DNA of 63,264 bases, the filler included, from Globobulimina sp. (Eukaryota): the NCBI GenBank assembly GCA_003354225.1. It is 30 parts of 30 records of this genome, joined end to end, with 100 filler letters (N's around TTAATTAATTAA, not from the genome) between each part and the next. Parts side by side here need not be neighbours in the genome. Positions count along the whole stretch, not along the records: positions 35,921 to 37,932 come from PIVH01009767.1; positions 38,033 to 40,044 come from PIVH01009768.1; positions 40,145 to 42,156 come from PIVH01009769.1; positions 42,257 to 44,267 come from PIVH01009770.1; positions 44,368 to 46,378 come from PIVH01009771.1; positions 46,479 to 48,489 come from PIVH01009772.1; positions 48,590 to 50,600 come from PIVH01009773.1; 23 more parts are not named here. One strand, given 5' to 3'. The notes beneath the pieces are model-generated. The model saw only the letters and a list, made by a program, of their open reading frames with translations, did no database searches and had not been told where the DNA came from. The stretch's first letter is position 1. The number at the start of each line of letters is the position of its first letter. Below are positions 35,921 through 48,888 of the stretch, piece by piece. The translations under genes were made by a program, and so were the position numbers.

Positions 35921-37932
35921 GCGACGACATTCATGATATAAAATATTATAATAAATCGGGTGCTGCAAATAATGTACAACAGCAACGCTCGAATGAACAG
36001 AATAAAAAGAACGAGCGACAGCAATTTACGATAACGATATCGCAGCCAAATAAAGCTCCCGCTCATAATGATAAAGCTCGCAATAAAAGACCGCAAAATA
36101 GGCCGCATCCCCGGACGCATTCAGAATCAGTCGATATCTTCTTCGACGCCACAAATTAATCCCTCTCCAACATCAAACCCATCAAAAACAGCACAGAAAC
36201 ATACCACAAACACCACCGACATCAACACATATTACGTAGGATCCTCACACCACACTTTCGATCATGGCCGGTCGCTAAGCCGCTCTATAAATTGCTTGAG
36301 GCCAATGAGCCATTTGCAATGAATGCAGAGCGCCGAAAATCATTCGCTTCCTTAAAATTAATGATTCAAAGGGCCGACATCTTAATTCACCCGGACCCTG
36401 ATCGCAAATTACATGTATTTTGTGACGCATCTATCCAAGGCATCGGTGGTGTGGTGGGCCAATATGATGACGGCGGACTATTTCGACCCATCGCATTTGC
36501 ATCGAAATCTTTTACACAAACTCAGCAGAATTGGCATGTGAGCGAACAGGAGGTATTCGCAGTGATTTACATGGTGGAGAAATGGAGGTATTTGCTGGTC
36601 GGGAACCACTTCATAGTCCATACCGACCATAAGAACTTACAAGAGCTCTTTAACAGAGCCAAGAATTTCCGCGCCGGGAAACTCTATCGATGGGCCGTAC
36701 GACTTCAGGAATACGACTTTACTGCCAAATACGTGCCTGGTTATGAGAATATTGTGGCAGATTATTTATCGAGGAATGGATTGGTAGCGGAACATACCGA
36801 GAACAGTGTCATTATAAACGAATTAAGAGAGGCCCGCAAGCTCCGCACACACGATATCTCATCATTATATTTGAGTTATTTTCAGACTCAAATAATAACA
36901 GAATCAGAGCATAACACGGCGGCATACATCGATGACATCGATCCCATTCACAAATCACTCCCACGGCTCGCAATTGATTCGCATGCATATAAACGAAATC
37001 CGATCGCACTAAAATTAAATTCGTCAACGATACGAATTAATTTAAATCCGACATTAAAAATAAATTCGATCCATTCGACTGGATCAACACATACTGAATT
37101 TAATGAATTTGATGAGTTTTATCATCAAATCACTGACAAATACCCGACGAAACTGCATAATTCATATAATTTGCGTGCATTAACGGCCATAAATTGCCAC
37201 GCAAATTCGCATAATGTACATAATAAAAATGATCTAAACCACGATAGAATGGGTTTAGATCACTACGGAATGAGCCCGGAACATGCTTTGATTAATCCGG
37301 ACCATACACAAATTGATTTGGCCCATGACGCAAATTCGCATTACATTCGCAATCAAATTGGCTCAAACCACGATAGAATGGGTTTGAACCACAATACAAT
37401 GGTCCCGGATAACGACTTAATTCACCCGGATCGTAATGTAAATTGTCCAGATCGCGTTAATCCGAACCATATCGATGATATTTCCGCTTTGCACGACGAC
37501 GAAATTATCGATGATGATATCTCAATGGATTCATCACGTTGCGACCAGGGCCCTTTTGGTAGGCATTTCTATCCCGATTACGACGAATCAGATGCGACCT
37601 CGATCGATACCGATGTCATTATCGATCAATCGGATGTCTCAGACCCACCAACACCACGAAGCCATGAAAGAGGCAAAGAAGAGCGGAAACCCACACAAAT
37701 AACAAAAACTAAACAAAAACAAAAACAAACAGAAACACGTCGCAGATCTGCAAGGCTCCGAAATAAAATACCTGCAAATCAAGATCAAGATATTGCAGAC
37801 TCTAAATTGATAGAAATCCCTCACGTCGATGACATCCATGATATAAATCAGCGCAAATTATATGGTAAGCGCTTGGATGAAGCAATAAAATTAAATAACC
37901 AAATCCTTTCATATAAACCAAATAATACCATT
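35921..37932 (+). mobile_element. Ty3/gypsy LTR retrotransposon fragment (RT connection + RNase H), apparently lacking PR/RT
   Basis: FCDASIQGIGGV, IAFASK, EQEVFAVI, VHTDHKNL, RWAVRLQEYDF, NIVADYLSR. Confidence 0.92.
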
Positions 37933-38178
37933 NNNNNNNNNNNNNNNNNNNNNNNNNNNNNNNNNNNNNNNNNNNNTTAATTAATTAANNNNNNNNNNNN
38001 NNNNNNNNNNNNNNNNNNNNNNNNNNNNNNNNACGGAGGTGCCGGTAAATCATCGCCTATGCCATCGGCATCGTTTCGTGATCGTTTCTTATGAGGGGAA
38101 GACATGATGTTGTATTTTAAAACAGAGCTTTGTAAAAAAAAAACTGTACATCTAAACAATAACTACATTTTAGCAGTA

Positions 38179-39686
38179 ATGTCGTCCTCTAAACAATACG
38201 TTCTTGCTGAGTACAATAATCAAACCCGAAAACGTAGGTATTTGTATCATCGAACAAAGTCGATCGCATTTGTATATTTGTTCTAAATCTACATAGTTCA
38301 AGGCGACTGGGCAAATGACACCTACCCAAATTTAATTAAAGCAGTTCGTGTCAAATTTAATATTGTGCATGAGATGCAAATTGAGATCAAAGTTTATGAC
38401 AAACACAACAACAAATTCTTTACAATTGACGAAGATGATATGGTTGAAATCCAACCAGCCGGATCAATAAAAATAACAAAATCAAGAAATCAAACGAAAA
38501 CTAAACCAGTGCCACAAACATTAAATCAAGAAGAAGAAGAAGAAGAAGATGCAATTCGTCGTAAATGGAAAGTTAACTCCAAAGTTGAAGTATATTCTAA
38601 TACAATGAAAAAATGGATTAAAGGCACAATAAGTCGTATAGTTAATGACGAAGAAGGTGAATGGCTACGAATACAATATCTTAAAAATCGTGAAAAAGAA
38701 ATACAACGTTTCAGTAAATACATTCGACCAACTGTTCAAGCAACAAAACCCGCGGCAGTCTCTCCGGTTGAAATTGTACCGCAACAAAAAGAAGAAAAAG
38801 CAGATGTAGCTCAAGAAGATACTGTCGTTGTTGTTAAGTACCACATTATTTTACTTAATTATATATAATAAAAAAATTAAACTCTACACGTTTTCAGGGG
38901 AAAGAAAATGTAAATTCAGGGAAAGAAAATGTAAAGCAAGCGATAAATGAAGAAACTGCGGAGAAAACACCCGAAATTGAACAAAAAGAAGAACCAGAAC
39001 AACATAAAAAAAATGTTGAGCCAGAAAAAAAAGTTGAGGTTGAATGTGAAGGAAAAACAAAAGATGTTAAGTGTTTCTATTGTGTTTACTATATGACGAC
39101 ACATAATAAAGTGTATACATTTTAGGATGCAGCAAAAAATGAAGAAACGGCAGATAGTATTATACAAAAAGTGGAAAGTGGAGCTGGAGCTGCAGCAGAA
39201 TTTGAAGCAGGGATTGCAGGGAAGAATCCAATTTATATTAAATGTAGCCGATGCAGCTTATATAATGCTACGTCATCGGCGCGGTGTGTCGCTTGTTTCC
39301 AATTATTACAAATGTTTCCATGTAAAAGAGGTCCCCATGAAATAGTGAATGAAAAAATTGTACCAAATGTACAGAAACCATCATATCGATCGTATGCATC
39401 AACATATGCGGCAAAATATCCATGGTTTGCTCGCCAACAACGCGATTTTCAACGTAAACGTAAGGCGCAATATGCTGCAGCATGTTATGCAAAACAATAT
39501 TATGAAGGTATTCTTCCGCCGTTACCTCCATCATATCGATATTATGGACCTATTCGCGTTCGAGCAAATTATGGCAATGTATTTGGCGGAGGTGGGAATT
39601 ATAATATTTGTTGGGAATTCAATACAGCTGTCGGGTGTCCACGAGGCGCATTTTGTCAATGGATTCATCAATATGTAGTTAAATAA
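38179..39686 (+). CDS. Four-exon protein: PB1-like, Tudor/Agenet-like, RanBP2 zinc finger, CCCH zinc finger
   Basis: Introns 38234-38296, 38833-38897 and 39066-39125 keep frame; WKVNSKVEVYS..KKWIKG; CSRCSLYN...CVAC; CWEFNTAVGCPRGAFCQWIH. Confidence 0.75.
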
Positions 39687-40145
39687 GCTATTTTTCTTTT
39701 TTTGTATGTTTGTCCATGGCATTAAAATAATTATCGCTCTGTGTCTATGGATAATTAATTATTTTTGTTATAAATAATGATTTAGGTCCAACATTTTTTA
39801 ATTTGTAAAAATTTATTTGTATTTATTTTTTTCTTAAAAACAACATTTGTCCATCATGCATTTATTGATCTGTTTCAATGGACAAATATAGTTTTCTTTA
39901 TTTACTTGGTTTTTTGGTTTTTTTCGTTTGTAGTGACCTAAATTATAAATTATACACTATAATAATAAAAGTTTAAATATCTAAAGTTCACTGATCGATT
40001 AATGCAATAGAAGTTATCGAAATATTCCCTTCCCTTCATTGACTNNNNNNNNNNNNNNNNNNNNNNNNNNNNNNNNNNNNNNNNNNNNTTAATTAATTAA
40101 NNNNNNNNNNNNNNNNNNNNNNNNNNNNNNNNNNNNNNNNNNNNA

Positions 40146-41006
40146 TTACAAACCCACGAACAATACAAAACCAAAGCAAAAATATATTTAAATCATGAGG
40201 ACGTAAATAATCAAAGCAAAAACCATCAGGAAATTGCAGACAAAATTGATGATAAATTAAATAAACATTTATCACCAAAAAAAAATATAAAAACACTGAC
40301 ACAAAAAAATTGTTTATCTTTTGGTGATGAAGAGGAAGAGGAAGAGGAAGACTTTGATTTGGCGGCGTGTGTCCATAACAATAACAATAACAATAAAAAA
40401 CGTAAATTAACATCGGAGGATAATTCGAATTCGAAAGCAGTAAAACGCAGGAAAGTGATGCACAAAAATCCAAATGTGAATACCTCATTTCTTGGAGATC
40501 CAGAAAGAGATTTATTGGATGATAAATTACGCAATGAATTGGAGTCAGAATGGTATAATAAACAGGTGATAATAAAAAAAGAGAGATTGGAGATAACATA
40601 TAGTTATTGGGACGGAAGCGGACATCGACGGAGCATTGAAATATGTAAAGGAATATTAATTGGTGAGTTTTTAGAACTGGTTCGCAAAGAATTATCACCA
40701 CATTTTAGCGAATTGCGAGGAATCTCTGGTGATTATTTGATGTATATTAAGGACGATTTAATTATACCACATTCATATTTATTTTATGATTTAATTGTAA
40801 CCAAAGCAAGAGGGAAAAGTGGACATTTGATGTTTAGAAATCAAGTTTATGATAAAGGCGATTATGTGATTGATCGGGACAGTGGCCATCCGGGGAAGGT
40901 TATTACTCGTTCGTGGTATGATAGAAATAAACACATTTTCCCTGCTTCGAGATGGGAGTTATATGACAGTCAAACTCTGCTCAATAAACCTCCATTGCAA
41001 GTATAA
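40146..41006 (+). CDS. FAM50: FAM50/XAP5 family splicing-associated protein, 5' truncated
   Basis: KNPNVNTSFL.D, ITYSYWDGSGHRR, LMYIKDDLIIPH, KARGKSG, WYDRNKHIFPASRWE. Confidence 0.95.
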   Translation, partial: LQTHEQYKTKAKIYLNHEDVNNQSKNHQEIADKIDDKLNKHLSPKKNIKTLTQKNCLSFGDEEEEEEEDFDLAACVHNNNNNNKKRKLTSEDNSNSKAVKRRKVMHKNPNVNTSFLGDPERDLLDDKLRNELESEWYNKQVIIKKERLEITYSYWDGSGHRRSIEICKGILIGEFLELVRKELSPHFSELRGISGDYLMYIKDDLIIPHSYLFYDLIVTKARGKSGHLMFRNQVYDKGDYVIDRDSGHPGKVITRSWYDRNKHIFPASRWELYDSQTLLNKPPLQV

Positions 41007-41133
41007 GTATAAGTAAATGTTTTCAGTTTTCATATCCTTGCACTCTGCACTCAAAAATTATTGCGTGTTATATTAATTAGCACACTCAAAATGTCACACT
41101 ATATTTATATTCATATTCATATTAATATTAATA

Positions 41134-41849
41134 TTATTGTCCAGGTGAGAAGACATCATGTTGACCCACGTTATCCATCAAAGATTCATTAATGTTCTCT
41201 GCAGATGGTTGTTGTTGTTGTTGTTGTTGATTTGAAACAATAACAACATCTGGCTCTGTCTGATTCTGTTGTTGTTGTTGTTGTTGAGATGGTGGATTTG
41301 TGTATCCTTGATCTTCTGCATATTGTTGTTCCAATTCACTCAATCCCTGATATTGTCCACCTCCAGTCACCATTGTCGATTTTCTCATATTAAAACCTTG
41401 TATTTGTGTAATTATGTATTCATTGAATAAAAAAGTTAATAAAATTTACCTGTTTTTACCTCAAATCCATCATTTTTTAATGATTTTAATAAGAAATAAC
41501 AGAATAATGGTTTTGGTAATAAAATGAATACAGCCATCACCAATACAAACACGGCTAAGAAGGCTTTTTCATTTATTATATGTTGACCAAATACGCATAA
41601 TGATAAAAAATCTGTAAACACTGATAATATGTAAAAATACCACGCCATTCCACGATTTGCGTGTTTGTCATCTACCGGACCATAAACAGCACGTAACAAT
41701 AATAAAAAAACAAAAGTATTGATAATTAACCAAAGCATTCCTAACATTGGCAATTCCTGCAACACCGCAAAGGAAAAAAATATTGTATGCCATATCAATG
41801 CTACTTTCCAGTTAAAAAAGCTTGCTAATTCAGCCATAATGGTCTTCAA
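41134..41849 (-). CDS. AGTRAP-like 4-TM protein with Gln-rich tail (intron 41397-41449)
   Basis: ILSVFTDFLSL...FVLVMAVFILLPKP; the intron joins the two track ORFs; the true start is uncertain. Confidence 0.55.
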
Positions 41850-42256
41850 ATCTTAAATGGTTTAAATATGTATAATGTACCGGATTGATTGTAGAATTAT
41901 GCAGCAAACGAAAGTTTTTGTTCAAAAATTCAACATAACATTTATGATTCATTTTATTTCAATAAAAAGTCGAAAATACATCTATGATTGTAATGAATGC
42001 ATGCATGCTGTTAATATACATTGGAATAAACAAGATTGCAACGAAAAGTAATAAAAAAAACGGCAAACCACAAAAAAATAAACTTAATATTGAGAAAGCA
42101 GAAAATTGATTGCATTATAAAACAAAACAAAACAAAACAAAAAAAAAAACAAGATANNNNNNNNNNNNNNNNNNNNNNNNNNNNNNNNNNNNNNNNNNNN
42201 TTAATTAATTAANNNNNNNNNNNNNNNNNNNNNNNNNNNNNNNNNNNNNNNNNNNN

Positions 42257-43057
42257 TATCATAAAATATGCTTTGAGAATCCTTCCATCCATTTTTAGCA
42301 AACGTAATGATAAGTCAACGGTACAATTTCTAAGACAGTAAATTATTTGGAAATTCTTGCACTTTGAAATAAATTCTCCATTCATCAATTGCAAATAACA
42401 CGATTTGCTCCATTTAATATTTGTATATTTCCATGTTAAATTATTTAAAGATTCATACATTACCATTGCTTGATTATAATTAAGTATTTTATTTGGATTT
42501 CTTTTAGAATCATCATACGTTTTTATTGAAAAAATATTAAATTCAAAAACAATTTCCATTTTTGTATAATTTTTTAAATATGAACTATGCATAATAGGTT
42601 CAGACCAACCCAAAATATTGAAATCTCTATCAAATGTATGTGATTTTGATGGATAAAACTGTTTCAGACACTTTTGCCCATTAACTTCAAAACAAATGTC
42701 ATAATTAAAATTTGCAAGCACTGTTTTGATTGAATCAGACCATTGCTTAATGTTACATGAAATGCAGCAAATTCCTTTATTTTTATTGCTTTGGGCGGAT
42801 ATGGAAAAATTAAATATGATATCATTTGTTTTAAATGTTTTGTATACATTAAAATTTTGTTTGTATGGTTTCTGCAATAATTTAGCATAATTCTTTTCGT
42901 CAATTATCCACTTAAAACTAACTATTGTATCAAAAAATAAACAAATTAATGCAATGATGACGTTTGGTACATTGAGACCAACCAATTTTCCGAAACTATT
43001 AACATATCCAGATACCAAATGTTTCTTTTGGGTTTTGCTTAACATCATGCACAACAA
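42257..43057 (-). CDS. Uncharacterised protein with MATH-like beta-rich domain, 3' truncated
   Basis: FKWII start and GW end of a beta-rich segment. Confidence 0.5.
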
Positions 43058-43464
43058 CGTTTAGATTAAGCTGTTTTTAGTTCAAGTTGGTTAACTAGAA
43101 CTTAACCGATCATTATTGAGAAGTAAATGTGAGAAGTTGGACACCCGATCATGGTTATCCACCATTGACAAGGCTGAATTAAAATCATCCGCCTTAGCTG
43201 TTATCGGGCTTTGTCGCACTTTGTCAGAGTATCAATGCTTGCGCAAAACAAAAAACACTCAGATTTTCGACTTATGTTTTTTTAATTTGATTTTTTTTTT
43301 GCTTTTCGATTTCGTTTTATTCAATGCGTTCATCATTTGGACCATTTTCATTAGTTTCGTTAAATCAAAATTTTGCATAATTTTCTTGTCTTTTAGCGTT
43401 TTAACCACACCTTCCACTGTTCTCAATGCATCAATTATTCCACTGTCATATACATCAAATTAAA

Positions 43465-44267
43465 TTAATACAAGTTACAAAAACCTAATATAAATCTTAA
43501 CGATTGTTTTGGATCCATCAACGCAGAAAACACAGCACCAATAACACTGACAACTTTTTCTGAAACATCCCAATAAATATTTGCAAATTCCGTTAATTGG
43601 TCCATTGTTTTTGGATATTGGCTAATAACTTTACTCAAAAATGGTTTATCAAATATATATTGTTCAATATTTTCAATTTGATTGATAAAACTTTGATTAT
43701 TTGAAAGCACATCGATTGATGATAATATTAGCAAAATTAAGCACATTCGAACAATGCCAACTTTCGCCATTAACAATACAATGGATAATTTGGACAATAA
43801 CTGGCTGTTATTTCCTGTGCCACCAATTTTTATTCTTGCATATGTTTCCGCCAATGTTGCAGCAGCGGTAGTTAATAATTTATTGATTTGATTTGTTAAA
43901 ATGGATACATTGCTGTTTATTTTCTTTCTGAGTTCTTCAGAGATTAACGATGAATTTAATAATGGTTTGATTTGAGTCGCAAGCAATATTAAACTGTACT
44001 ATTCATTAAAAAAAACAAGAAAAGTGTTGCGTATAATAAATATATATATTAACCCAGCGGTAAGGAGAAGAATTTGCTTTTTGTGCTTCATTGTCAGAAA
44101 CTTTGTACAAGTAAACTTAGAAAATTAAAATTAAAATTTAAAGATAATTTAACATAGTCATTTTGGTCCGATTCCAAAGATAACTCTCTGAGTGCTCTTA
44201 CGATATCTGGCGAGTCATTGAATGAATCTTTTCCTTCTTCTTTCAATTCAAATTCTGATATTTGTAA
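43465..44267 (-). CDS. Multi-exon uncharacterised protein, 5' truncated
   Basis: ORF 43465-43986 extended by predicted introns with donors at 44053 and 44153. Confidence 0.5.
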
Positions 44268-44488
44268 NNNNNNNNNNNNNNNNNNNNNNNNNNNNNNNNN
44301 NNNNNNNNNNNTTAATTAATTAANNNNNNNNNNNNNNNNNNNNNNNNNNNNNNNNNNNNNNNNNNNNGTGGGTTGTTCTTAAGGTTTTGAAGAAGTTTTT
44401 TTGTCAAAATCTTGAATCTTCTATTCGCAGCATACCGTCGTTATCTCTCTCTCACAACACAAATCTCTCCCAATCGTCCTCAAACACA

Positions 44489-46378
44489 ATGACTGCCAAA
44501 GCTAGTATTGTTTATGCTGTTGGTCGTAATGACAAAGGCGAGTTTGGTGTCGGGAATTCACATCAGTTGCAAGAATTGACTGCATTGAAATGGAGTAATC
44601 ATATCAATGTAACTGAAATATACAATGGTTATTCATTCGCAATTTACAGAGACGATAAAGATAGGTTTTATGCGGCCGGACATAATAAATACGGCAGCTG
44701 TTTACAGGGAAAAAGTAAAGGAGAGGAAATCGAGAAATTATCAATGATGAATGGATTGAATGATTTAAAAATATCGAAAATATTTTGTAACACTGTTTTT
44801 TATTCATTTCATGCCTTCATAGTGACAAACGATAAAAATATTTATGCATTTGGACGAAATGATTTATCGCAACTTGCAATTGGATGCGATGCAAATCAAT
44901 ATAAAGTATGTCGAATGCAATGGAAATATGGAAATATCCAACAAATACAATGTGCGTACAGATATTCCCTCATTTTATCAGAAAATGGAAGTGTTTATTC
45001 GACAGATTATAGTTTGTATGGTGGCAATGCACAAAAAGCAGAAAATAAAAATGGAGCAAAGGGATGGACGCATATTAAAACATTAACAAATATTTCACGG
45101 ATTGCAGCGGGCGCAAATCATACATTGTGTTGCGATACGAATGGCAATGTCTATTCATTTGGGCGTAATCATTATGGCCAATTAGGTTTAAATAAAAGCG
45201 ATAATAATAAACACAGCAAACCAACACAAATTGCATTCTTCCAACAAAGACATATCATTGCCGTTGATGTTTGTTGTGGTAATTCTCATTCATTGCTGGT
45301 ATCGCAAACTGGCAAAGTATTTGCATTCGGCTATAATTACTATGGCCAATGTGGCCAAGGAAGTGCATTTACAAACAATTATTTAGCAACACCAACACAA
45401 ATAAAATCATTTGCAAATAACAACAATATAAATAATATTCAAACAATACTATGTGGTGAACATCACTGTGCCGTGATTACTATAAATCAAATTATTTTTA
45501 TGTTTGGATATAATTATTTTAATCAATGCATAATATCCTCATACAATGCAAAGAAAGATGCCCCGATATCCATTAATAATTTCGTCCAAAATAAGTTTAA
45601 GAAACAAATACTTTCAATCCATTTGGGATCCGCCAATACAAAATTAATTTTATCGAATGAGAATAGTAAAATCACTAAAATGAATAAGGAAGAAATTGCA
45701 CCAAAGTATAACCAGGATATTATTGATGAATTAGTAAATTTAGGGCTTGGTTCAAAGAAGGAATGTATTGCCGCTTCCATGTTAGTAATAAATCCAAATG
45801 ATATCAACGAAATTACCGATAAAGTAACACAACTACAAAATGTATGTGCTATATTTTATATTTTTATACTGTATCTTATAAACATAGGATATAAACAGAA
45901 AGAAATGGGCAATAATATTAATGATGAAAAAGAGAGTGAAATGTCGTCCTTTGAGCAGGAAATAACTGAGTTGGTAAATATCATCAAAAAGCATTTTAAT
46001 TTTATGTCCAAACAAGAAAAGACTGTCAATGCAATGATTACTAAATCCGGCGAACAAAATATTAAAAAACTACAAAATGCAAAAACAAAAGCTTTAGAAA
46101 CGGAGAAGAAATTATTGCGAGACATTATGTCTATAACTTCAATGAATGATTTTTTAACAAACATCATTTTAATCGAAAACTTATTTAATTTCCAATATAA
46201 CGAACAAGAACAATTAAAACAAAAACAAGCCAGAAATAAATATGCGGAAAATATATTAATTTATGAAAAGAAAACAAAACCAATTTGTAATACCCTCTCA
46301 TTCATCGATTTAATATTCCAATCATACACTGATTTAACTGCATTTAAAGAGTGGTTAAAAATGCTACAAACTGAGTGT
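44489..46378 (+). CDS. RCC1-repeat protein with UBA-like and coiled-coil regions, 3' truncated
   Basis: Repeated VY.FG.N.YGQ.G and IAAGANHT motifs; probable in-frame intron 45842-45898. Confidence 0.92.
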
Positions 46379-46478
46379 NNNNNNNNNNNNNNNNNNNNNN
46401 NNNNNNNNNNNNNNNNNNNNNNTTAATTAATTAANNNNNNNNNNNNNNNNNNNNNNNNNNNNNNNNNNNNNNNNNNNN

Positions 46479-46895
46479 ATCACATTTTTCCTCCTCTTCC
46501 TCTTCGATGTCAGCATCGACGGTGAAGCGGCGCACTGCTTCTCTTGGATCGGCGATCAATGCTTCTGTCATGCTATTGATTTGATGCTTCATTTCCTTCA
46601 TTTCTATTTTAGATATTTGACGTCCGTGGTCATAGGCGGGCACTTTGGCAGTTTGAGCGATCGAGAGACGCGATTCGGGCGTGTAATCTTTGGGTAATAT
46701 ATTGTCACTGATAAGGAACTTTTGTTCCTCTTTGGTCTCTTCTTTCACTTCTTCCTTTTCTTCTGCCTTTATTTCTTCTTTGATTTCGTCTTTGGGTTCT
46801 TCTGTTATTTCTATTTTGGTTTCCTTTATTTGGGTTTGCTTTATTTTGTCATTGTCGACTAAAGGAGCCGTTTCAGGAAAAGGAGAATCTGCCAT
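46479..46895 (-). CDS. 5' end of a Glu/Lys-rich protein
   Basis: MADSPFPETAPLV... open to the contig end. Confidence 0.6.
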
Positions 46896-46966
46896 TATGA
46901 CTAGATCTCAAGTTCAGTTCAGTTCGTTAAAAACTTGTACAGAAAATCATTTGTGTGAATAATTAA

Positions 46967-47587
46967 ATGCCTTCGATTTGCCGTGTTTGTTCGTTGGAAA
47001 CATCGAAACTTTGCTCCGGTTGTAAGTCTGTTTATTATTGCAGCTATCAATGCCAACATAATGACTGGAAAAAACATAAGAAAGAATGCAAAAAGTTGAA
47101 ATGTAATGATATGAAAGTATGTAATTGGTCCAATTTTGTGACAGTTCCAAGTTGGGCACCATTATCGGATAAAAGAGATTGTTTAATGCATGGAGGATGT
47201 GGGTGTAATGCAGTAAGGTATGAATTGCTGGCAATACCCAGACAGATCCAGCACTGTTATTGCTCGATTTGCCGCAAAATGCATGGTTCCATCAGTGCAG
47301 CCTGGTCGCCTTTGGCTGAGAGTGATATTAAGTTTGTGTCAAATAAAACATTGACATACTTCAAGTCGTCAGATAGAGTTAAAAGAGGATTTTGCAACAG
47401 ATGCGGATGTAAAATATATTTGAAATATGAGTACCAGAAAGGATTGATTTGGTTAACCACTGCATCTCTAAACTCACATAATCTAAATTGGCATCAGAAC
47501 AAACGGAAAATGCACATTTTTACCAAATCAAAAGCAGAATATTGTATCATTCCAAATGATGGCCATAAACGACTGTCTGGGACTTAA
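46967..47587 (+). CDS. MYND zinc finger fused to a GFA/CENP-V domain
   Basis: CRVC...CSGCKSVYYCS..CQ..DW..HK.EC; GGCGC.AVRY...HCYCSICRK.HG...RGFC.RCG. Confidence 0.92.
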   Translation: MPSICRVCSLETSKLCSGCKSVYYCSYQCQHNDWKKHKKECKKLKCNDMKVCNWSNFVTVPSWAPLSDKRDCLMHGGCGCNAVRYELLAIPRQIQHCYCSICRKMHGSISAAWSPLAESDIKFVSNKTLTYFKSSDRVKRGFCNRCGCKIYLKYEYQKGLIWLTTASLNSHNLNWHQNKRKMHIFTKSKAEYCIIPNDGHKRLSGT

Positions 47588-48888
47588 CTAAAAGTTTTTT
47601 CCAGCACAAAATCATGTCGTCGCTACTCAACTGTTTAACCGCATCCATCCTATTATTTGTACTAATTAATTTTTGGCACATAATCGATAGACGCGATAAA
47701 CATAATAAATTCAATTTAATTTAACAAAGATTGGAATCCGAGCATTTTCTGTTGGGGCAAATGGATTGATCCAAATTCCAATGAAATGATATTTGTTATA
47801 CTAGTATCCCATAATAAAGGATATGGTGGATTCAATATCAGTGATGCTTTGATAATCGATGGGTTCAATGAAGCCTTAATATATGTGTGGAATGCTGATA
47901 ATTTGGGACCATTTGAATGTAAATTATTGAATGTAAAAAATGGCAGAAAGCAAGCAAACGCTCATCAAAGATATTGGAATTATCCTCGACTGATATCATA
48001 TATATTCATATAAATACTATATTTAAGCAATGGTTAGCTTCTCCCAATCACCATTTTGATGGGAATACATCAAACAAATAGAATCCATCACATCTGATCC
48101 AAACATCATCAAAGCAAAGACAAGAATGGCCGATGGCGACTTTGTTTTTTTAATTTGTGAATTGAAACAATCAAATTTTATGAAAAAGACAAGAGCAAAA
48201 TTGAATTGGTTTAATTCCAAATTTCCAATTATACACGTTTCGATACAGTTTAATCTTTTCATTGTAACTCAATATAAATTTAGACCAACAAAATATACAA
48301 AAAAAGGGTGCTTTCAAACGTCACTTCATTTAAATTTTACAAATTATTATTCGTGTTTCATTAAATCCAGGATACATTTCAAGAATTTCTTCATCTGTAT
48401 CAAAATAATTTGAATTAAATAATAATGGTTTCTTAATATTTGATGGCGGATTGGCATCACGAACATATAAACATTGATTATAGTAATTANNNNNNNNNNN
48501 NNNNNNNNNNNNNNNNNNNNNNNNNNNNNNNNNTTAATTAATTAANNNNNNNNNNNNNNNNNNNNNNNNNNNNNNNNNNNNNNNNNNNNCAAAACAGTAC
48601 TTCACCTTAAATGCATATAAACTTCTGGTTGTAATACAAGTTGTTGTTGAAACTAAAAAACAAGTCCAAAAAAGTGTCTCGTGAAATTTGCAGTAACCTA
48701 ATTCAGGTCAGAAAGACGTCAAAACTGTATTTGTAAAAAATGCATTTCACTTATAACAATTTTTACTGGAGAATATACGATTGTTATAATTTATTCAAGC
48801 AAAACAAAACATGCTCCATCTTGGTTGTTATACAATCATGACATTAATAGGTCTTATAGTATATTATTTAGAGAATTACATAATCACA

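Noticed and set aside
45842-45898. Transmembrane helix in the RCC1 protein
   Set aside because: GTATGT...ACAG, 57 nt and AT-rich: most likely an in-frame intron
47614-48413. Short ORFs downstream of MYND-GFA
   Set aside because: Broken frames and no recognisable motif
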